A stretch of 64,000 nucleotides of DNA, taken from NCBI GenBank assembly GCA_963823335.1, contig CAWGLD010000001.1, positions 800,001-864,000 of the forward strand, read 5' to 3'. A model generated the notes under the pieces. That model worked only from the letters and a program-made list of their open reading frames with translations, had not been told where the DNA came from and did no database searches. Of the stretch, positions 59,067-64,000 are shown one piece after another (position 1 is the first letter of the stretch; the number at the start of each line of letters is the position of its first letter). The position numbers and the translations under genes were made by a program. This DNA is from an uncultured delta proteobacterium (lineage in GTDB: Bacteria > Desulfobacterota > Desulfobacteria > Desulfobacterales > B30-G6).

Positions 59067-60146
59067 ATGTCAATTCTTCACTCGAAAGCCGTTCTCGATC
59101 TTATATCATTACAGAATCACCTGGTCATGGCGCCCATGACGCGAAACCGCGCTACCGAAAATATCCCCAACGCACTCATGTCGGAATACTACGCACAGCG
59201 TGCCACGGCGGGACTCATTGTTACCGAGGGCACGTCGCCATCACCCAATGGCTTGGGTTATCCGCGTATACCGGGCATCTTCTCCCCGGCCCAGATCAAA
59301 GGATGGGAACCCATTACCGCTGCAGTGCATGCCAAGGGCGCGAAAATAGTCATCCAGCTCATGCACTGCGGACGAATTGCCCATCCACTGAATCTGCCTG
59401 CAGGCGCACGCATGCTGGCGCCTTCGGCGGTGGCTGCTGCGGGGGAGATGTACACGGATGCCGAAGGCATGAAACCACATCCCGTGCCGCAGGCGATGAC
59501 CGAAATAGACATCAAGTCCACCCTGGCGGAGTTTGTTCAGGCTGCAAAAAATGCCATGACAGCGGGTTTTGACGGCATCGAGCTGCACGCCGCGAATGGC
59601 TATCTGCTCGAACAGTTCATCCGCCCCAACACGAATCAGCGCATGGATCGCTATGGCGGTGCCATCGAAAACCGCGCGCGTTTTGTACTGGAAGCGGTCG
59701 ATGCGGTAATTGGTGCCGTCGGAAAAGACAAGGTAGGCATCCGGCTTTCGCCATTTGGTGTATTCAACGACATGCCGTTGTACGATGCGATGGCGGCGGA
59801 TTACACCTATCTGGCACAACAGCTAAATGCCCGCAAACTGGCCTATATTCATCTCGTAGATCACGCTGCCATGGGGGCGCCTCCGGTACCCGATACCATG
59901 AAGTCGGCCTTTCGCAAGCTATTCAAGGGGACCCTGATTCTCAGCGGCGGTTATGATGCTGAACGTTCTGAGAACGATCTGACCGCGGGCAGATGCGATC
60001 TCATCGCCGTGGGGCGTCCTTTCCTGGCCAACCCCGACCTGGTGGTTCGCTGGAAATCCGGTGCGGCCCTGAACGAACCGGATATGGCGACTTTCTACAC
60101 TCCGGGACCCAAGGGCTATACCGATTACCCGACACTTGAGAAATGA
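59067..60146 (+). CDS. Alkene reductase, NemA-type old yellow enzyme
   Basis: MAPMTRNRA, HAANGYLLEQF, RLSP, ANPDL, GYTDYP. Confidence 0.92.
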   Translation: MSILHSKAVLDLISLQNHLVMAPMTRNRATENIPNALMSEYYAQRATAGLIVTEGTSPSPNGLGYPRIPGIFSPAQIKGWEPITAAVHAKGAKIVIQLMHCGRIAHPLNLPAGARMLAPSAVAAAGEMYTDAEGMKPHPVPQAMTEIDIKSTLAEFVQAAKNAMTAGFDGIELHAANGYLLEQFIRPNTNQRMDRYGGAIENRARFVLEAVDAVIGAVGKDKVGIRLSPFGVFNDMPLYDAMAADYTYLAQQLNARKLAYIHLVDHAAMGAPPVPDTMKSAFRKLFKGTLILSGGYDAERSENDLTAGRCDLIAVGRPFLANPDLVVRWKSGAALNEPDMATFYTPGPKGYTDYPTLEK

Positions 60147-60176
60147 AATCGTCCATCTTAAAATATCGGGAGGTTT

Positions 60177-61331
60177 ATGGGAAAACGAATTGTTAAATAC
60201 AGCCTGCTGCTGCTTATCATTGCTCTTATTGCCTTGGGCATTAGGCACTACACACGAACCAAACCCTTGGAAGTAGCCGTAAAACCCGTTACCATCGGTA
60301 CGGTGGAACGAACGGTGGCCAATACGCGGGCAGGAACCGTCAAGGCCTGCCGCCGGGCCAAGCTTTCGCCGAGCATCGGGGGTCAAATTGCCATATTACC
60401 CATAAACAAGGGAGACGCGGTTCAGAAAGGACAATTGCTTCTGGAGATTTGGAACAAGGACCTGCTGGCCCAGGTGGCTTTGGCGAAACAGGAAATTGAC
60501 GCCGCCCGGCATCGTGTCAGATCCGTCTGTACGCGGGCGGACATTGCCCGTCAAAGTGCCGACAGACTGTCCGAATTGAACCGCATGATGGTTGGAACAC
60601 AGGAACGAACAGACACCGCGGAAGCCGAAGCCAAGGCCTTGAAAGAAGAGTGCGCAGGCGCCGACGTCGAGGTAAGTGTCCGCATGGCCCGGCTTTCCTT
60701 CGCCAAGGCCAACCTGGAACGTACCCGCCTGACGGCTCCATTCAACGGGACCGTCGCCGAAATAAACGGGGAACTGTTCGAGTACGTCACCCCATCCCCC
60801 CTGGGTGTTGCAACACCCCCTGTAGTTGACATTATCGGCAGTAATTGTTTTTATGTGATATCTCCCATCGATGAAGTGGATGCTGCCGTTATACGGGCCC
60901 AAATGCCCGCCCGCATTACCATGGATGCTTTCGGAACACGGCAGTTTGACGGTCGGGTGCGCAGAATCGCCGATTACGTGCTCGATGTCGAGAAACAGGC
61001 CCGCACCGTGGACGTGGAAATTTCCTTCGACAACCCCTCTGATATCGAAAATCTGCTGGCAGGATACAGCGCCGACATCGAAGTGATTCTTGAAGTGCGA
61101 AAGGATGTGATTCGTGTTCCCACCGAAGCGGTCATGAATAACCGGCGGGTGTTTGTGTTTTTACCGGCTGAAAAAAAGATTGTGGAAAAAGAAATTCGTA
61201 TGGGCATATCGAACTGGGATTGGACAGAAGTTCTGCAGGGGCTTTCGCCCCAGGAACTGATCGTGGTCAACGTGGACAAACCCGGTCTCAAGGACGGTGC
61301 ACCTGCCGTTCGTTTAGAGGAATCCCTGTGA
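60177..61331 (+). CDS. Efflux periplasmic adaptor (MacA/HlyD-like)
   Basis: N-terminal TM helix, lipoyl-like GQLL..I, APFNG.V, IDEVD. Confidence 0.9.
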   Translation: MGKRIVKYSLLLLIIALIALGIRHYTRTKPLEVAVKPVTIGTVERTVANTRAGTVKACRRAKLSPSIGGQIAILPINKGDAVQKGQLLLEIWNKDLLAQVALAKQEIDAARHRVRSVCTRADIARQSADRLSELNRMMVGTQERTDTAEAEAKALKEECAGADVEVSVRMARLSFAKANLERTRLTAPFNGTVAEINGELFEYVTPSPLGVATPPVVDIIGSNCFYVISPIDEVDAAVIRAQMPARITMDAFGTRQFDGRVRRIADYVLDVEKQARTVDVEISFDNPSDIENLLAGYSADIEVILEVRKDVIRVPTEAVMNNRRVFVFLPAEKKIVEKEIRMGISNWDWTEVLQGLSPQELIVVNVDKPGLKDGAPAVRLEESL

Positions 61332-62014
61332 TAACGATCCACATGGAAAGCATAGGGCGAAGCTTTCGGGTGGGAGATGAATCGGTTCAGGCCCTGAGCC
61401 GTATCAACCTTTCCATAACAAAGGGAGAATATATTTCCATTATGGGTCCGTCCGGATCGGGGAAATCGACCCTGCTGAACATTTTGGGTCTTCTGGATCG
61501 ACCCAGCGCAGGCATCTATCGATTTGAGGACACCGATACCACCCGACTGGATGACCGGCAGCAGGCCCAGGTCCGGCGGCATAAGATCGGATTTGTCTTT
61601 CAATTTTTTCACCTTATCCCAAGGTTGACTGCTGCAGAAAATGTGGAGCTCCCGTTGATACTGGCCGGTGAAGATCCTGGAAAGCGTAAACAACGCGTCA
61701 AGGAAATCATGGCGCGGGTGGGGCTGTCGGACCGGGCCAAGCACCGCCCGGAACAGCTCTCAGGCGGCCAGCGACAGCGAACGGCCATAGCCAGGGCGAC
61801 CATTATGAATCCGGCTGTCATTCTGGCGGACGAACCCACCGGCAACCTTGACAGAGCATCCGGAAGTGATGTCATACAGACCATTGAAACCCTCAATGGT
61901 GAGGGGATGACGGTGGTCCTGGTCACCCACGACCCGGAACTCGGCGAACGTACCCGGCGGCGGATACAAATGGTGGACGGCCGGATAGTCTCAGACAGCG
62001 GAGAAAAAGAGTGA
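61328..62014 (+). CDS. ABC transporter ATP-binding protein (MacB/LolD-like)
   Basis: GPSGSGKST, LSGGQRQR, ADEPTGNLD, VTHD; GTG start overlaps the upstream stop. Confidence 0.95.
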   Translation: MITIHMESIGRSFRVGDESVQALSRINLSITKGEYISIMGPSGSGKSTLLNILGLLDRPSAGIYRFEDTDTTRLDDRQQAQVRRHKIGFVFQFFHLIPRLTAAENVELPLILAGEDPGKRKQRVKEIMARVGLSDRAKHRPEQLSGGQRQRTAIARATIMNPAVILADEPTGNLDRASGSDVIQTIETLNGEGMTVVLVTHDPELGERTRRRIQMVDGRIVSDSGEKE

Positions 62015-63216
62015 ATATTCGCGATCTTGTCCGATTCTCCATCCGGGCCCTGTCCGGTTATCCGCTGCGGACCGGTCTGATGCTGCTTGCCATGGCCATG
62101 GGTGTCTGCTCCGTTGTTGTGCTGACGGCGTTGGGTGAAGGCGCCCGGCAGTATGTGGCCGGGCAGTTCACATCTCTGGGGACCCACATATTGATCGTTC
62201 TTCCGGGACGCAACGAGACCACCGGAGGCCCGCCACCCATGATGGGGGCGACACCGCGCGATCTGACCGTGGAAGATGCCATGGCGTTGAAACGAAGCAG
62301 TGCCGTTCACCGGGTGGCGCCCATCATGGTAGGTTCGGCACCCGTAGCCTATGCCGGCCGTGAAAGGGAAGTAACGATTCTAGGCTCCACGTCTGAACTG
62401 TTCGGGATTCGGGATCTTTCCATGGCCCAGGGCCGGTTTCTTTCCGAAGGAGACGTCACGCGCGCGGAGGCCGTTTGTACGCTGGGACAAAAAATCAAAG
62501 CGGAATTGTTCGGCAATGCTTCAGCTTTGGGCCGTTTTGTCCGTATCGGTGATCGGCGGTTTCGCGTTGTTGGCGTGCTGGCAAAGAAAGGGCAGTCTCT
62601 GGGACTTGACATGAGTGACGTGGTGGTGATCAACGTTGCATCGGCGGCGGCGCTCTTCAACCGGGCATCTCTTTTTCGTATTCTGGTTCAGGCCAGAAGC
62701 AGGGATGCCGTCGCGCGCGCCAAGACAACGATGCTTGAAATTATTCGTGACCGACATGATGGTGAAGACGATGTGACCATCATCACCCAGGATGCCCTGC
62801 TGGCAACATTCGATCGTATTTTTATCACCCTGACCCTGGCTGTTGGCGGCATCGCTGCCATCAGTCTGGTCGTGGCAGGAATCCTGATCATGAATGTGAT
62901 GCTGGTTGCCATCTCCCAGCGTACATCAGAGATCGGACTGTTAAAAGCCCTTGGCGCACCCGGGCGTCAGATCTTAGGTCTTTTTTTAACCGAGTCGGCC
63001 TTCCTTTCCCTGGTGGGGGCGGTCCTGGGCCTGGCACTGTCCGCCGGCGGCTGCATCCTCATGCAGCGGCTGTTTCCTGCCTTTCCAATCACGGTGCCGC
63101 CCTGGTCTCCGGCGGCTGCCGTCGGTGTGGCCCTTGCCAGCGGTTTGATTTTCGGCGTTATTCCGGCCCGAAAAGCAGCCCGCATGGATCCGGTTGCGGC
63201 GCTGTCCAGGCGCTGA
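62011..63216 (+). CDS. ABC transporter permease (MacB/FtsX-like)
   Basis: RTGL..LAMAMGV, GILIMNVML, RTSEIGLLKALGA, PARKAARMDPV. Confidence 0.93.
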   Translation: MNIRDLVRFSIRALSGYPLRTGLMLLAMAMGVCSVVVLTALGEGARQYVAGQFTSLGTHILIVLPGRNETTGGPPPMMGATPRDLTVEDAMALKRSSAVHRVAPIMVGSAPVAYAGREREVTILGSTSELFGIRDLSMAQGRFLSEGDVTRAEAVCTLGQKIKAELFGNASALGRFVRIGDRRFRVVGVLAKKGQSLGLDMSDVVVINVASAAALFNRASLFRILVQARSRDAVARAKTTMLEIIRDRHDGEDDVTIITQDALLATFDRIFITLTLAVGGIAAISLVVAGILIMNVMLVAISQRTSEIGLLKALGAPGRQILGLFLTESAFLSLVGAVLGLALSAGGCILMQRLFPAFPITVPPWSPAAAVGVALASGLIFGVIPARKAARMDPVAALSRR

Positions 63217-63260
63217 TTTGAAAATTTTATGAAAAATTTGGATTGAGAAGAACTTTTAAT

Positions 63261-64000
63261 ATGTTTTTTCGTGATATCCTGATACTTTCTCTGCAAAGCA
63301 TCCGAAGCCAGCGCATGAGAAGTTTTCTGACAGCGCTGGGCATCGCCGTGGGAATTGCTGCCGTGGTGCTTCTGACATCCCTTGGGGAAGGGGTTCACCG
63401 TTTCGTGCTGGCCGAGTTCACTCAGTTCGGCACGAACCTGATCGGCATCACACCCGGCAAGACATCCACCATGGGTATGTCGGGAGCGGTTATCAGTAAT
63501 GTCAGGCCCCTGAGTTTGACCGATTCACTGGCACTCGCCAGGTTGTCGCGTGTAACTGCCACCGTGCCCGTTGTACAGGGAAATGCGGCGATCGAACACG
63601 GGAGCCGGACTCGTCGAACCTATCTGTTCGGTGTCGGCTCTTCTGCACCGGCAGTCTGGCAGTTAACCGTGGCCCAGGGTCGGTTCCTGCCCGAGGACGA
63701 CCCTCGCACGGCGCGGGGTTTTGCTGTTCTGGGCAGCAAGGTCAAGGACGAGCTTTTCGGAACTGAAAATCCTTTGGGAAGGCGCATCCGCATCGGTGGT
63801 GAGCGCTACCGGGTAATCGGTGTCATGGCATCGAAAGGTCAAATGCTCGGTTTTGATCTGGATGATGCCGTTTACATCCCGGTGGGACGGGCCATGGCCA
63901 TATTCGACCGGGAGAGCCTGATGGAAATCGATCTCCTGTATGCCGCCGGAAGCGATGGGGATGAGGTAGCGCGGCGTGCCAGGGAATTGCTGACAGCCAG
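63261..64000 (+). CDS. Second ABC permease (MacB/FtsX-like), truncated by window end
   Basis: Read manually: MFFRDILILSLQSIRSQRMRSFLTALGIAVGIAAVVLLTSLGEG...; paralog of the upstream permease. Confidence 0.9.
   Translation, partial: MFFRDILILSLQSIRSQRMRSFLTALGIAVGIAAVVLLTSLGEGVHRFVLAEFTQFGTNLIGITPGKTSTMGMSGAVISNVRPLSLTDSLALARLSRVTATVPVVQGNAAIEHGSRTRRTYLFGVGSSAPAVWQLTVAQGRFLPEDDPRTARGFAVLGSKVKDELFGTENPLGRRIRIGGERYRVIGVMASKGQMLGFDLDDAVYIPVGRAMAIFDRESLMEIDLLYAAGSDGDEVARRARELLTA

Noticed and set aside
1-64000. CRISPR array, rRNA, autonomous transposase or integrase
   Set aside because: No regularly spaced identical repeats with unique spacers and no such ORFs or RNA signatures seen; the short-period arrays are degenerate and have no spacers.

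Overview
Chromosomal window of a sulfate-reducing bacterium (Desulfobacterota; protein style and repeat families suggest Desulfobacterales, by inference). From left to right: (1) a minus-strand periplasmic [NiFe]-hydrogenase operon (small subunit, large subunit, maturation protease, hypC, hypF, hypD, hypE). The large subunit carries an in-frame TGA exactly at the second Cys of the N-terminal RxCGxC motif, followed by a SECIS-like hairpin, making it a candidate selenoprotein with Sec at a Ni-Fe bridging position rather than the canonical C-terminal terminal-ligand position. (2) tRNA-Ser(TGA) and tRNA-Ser(GCT); the latter holds a 2.7-kb integrase-less islet with att repeats, arm-like repeats and a type IV TA-like gene pair whose antitoxin is frameshifted. 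(3) An ADP-forming acyl-CoA synthetase, then a MarR-headed sulfur-trafficking cluster (DsrE2, TusA, DsrM-like, DsrK/HdrD-like, FadL-type porin, rhodanese-MBL fusion) running into sat, which converges on aprBA-qmoABC. (4) Two YkgJ-type Cys-cluster genes and an HsdR_N-like gene. (5) A core translation block (infC with ATA start, rpmI, rplT, pheST, merR-like, tRNA-Gly, rimP, nusA, infB, DUF503, rbfA, nrnA, truB, rpsO, pnp, M16 peptidase, dut, MBL hydrolase, trxB). (6) DUF362, YkgJ-like, Cdd1-like and amidohydrolase genes, two old yellow enzymes and a MacAB-type ABC exporter truncated by the window end. Intergenic DNA holds at least four dispersed palindromic repeat families, degenerate 7/8-mer arrays, an IS200/IS605(HEARO)-like end hairpin and a candidate sRNA. 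No CRISPR array, rRNA, transposase or integrase was seen. All calls come from reading the sequence; no database searches were run.
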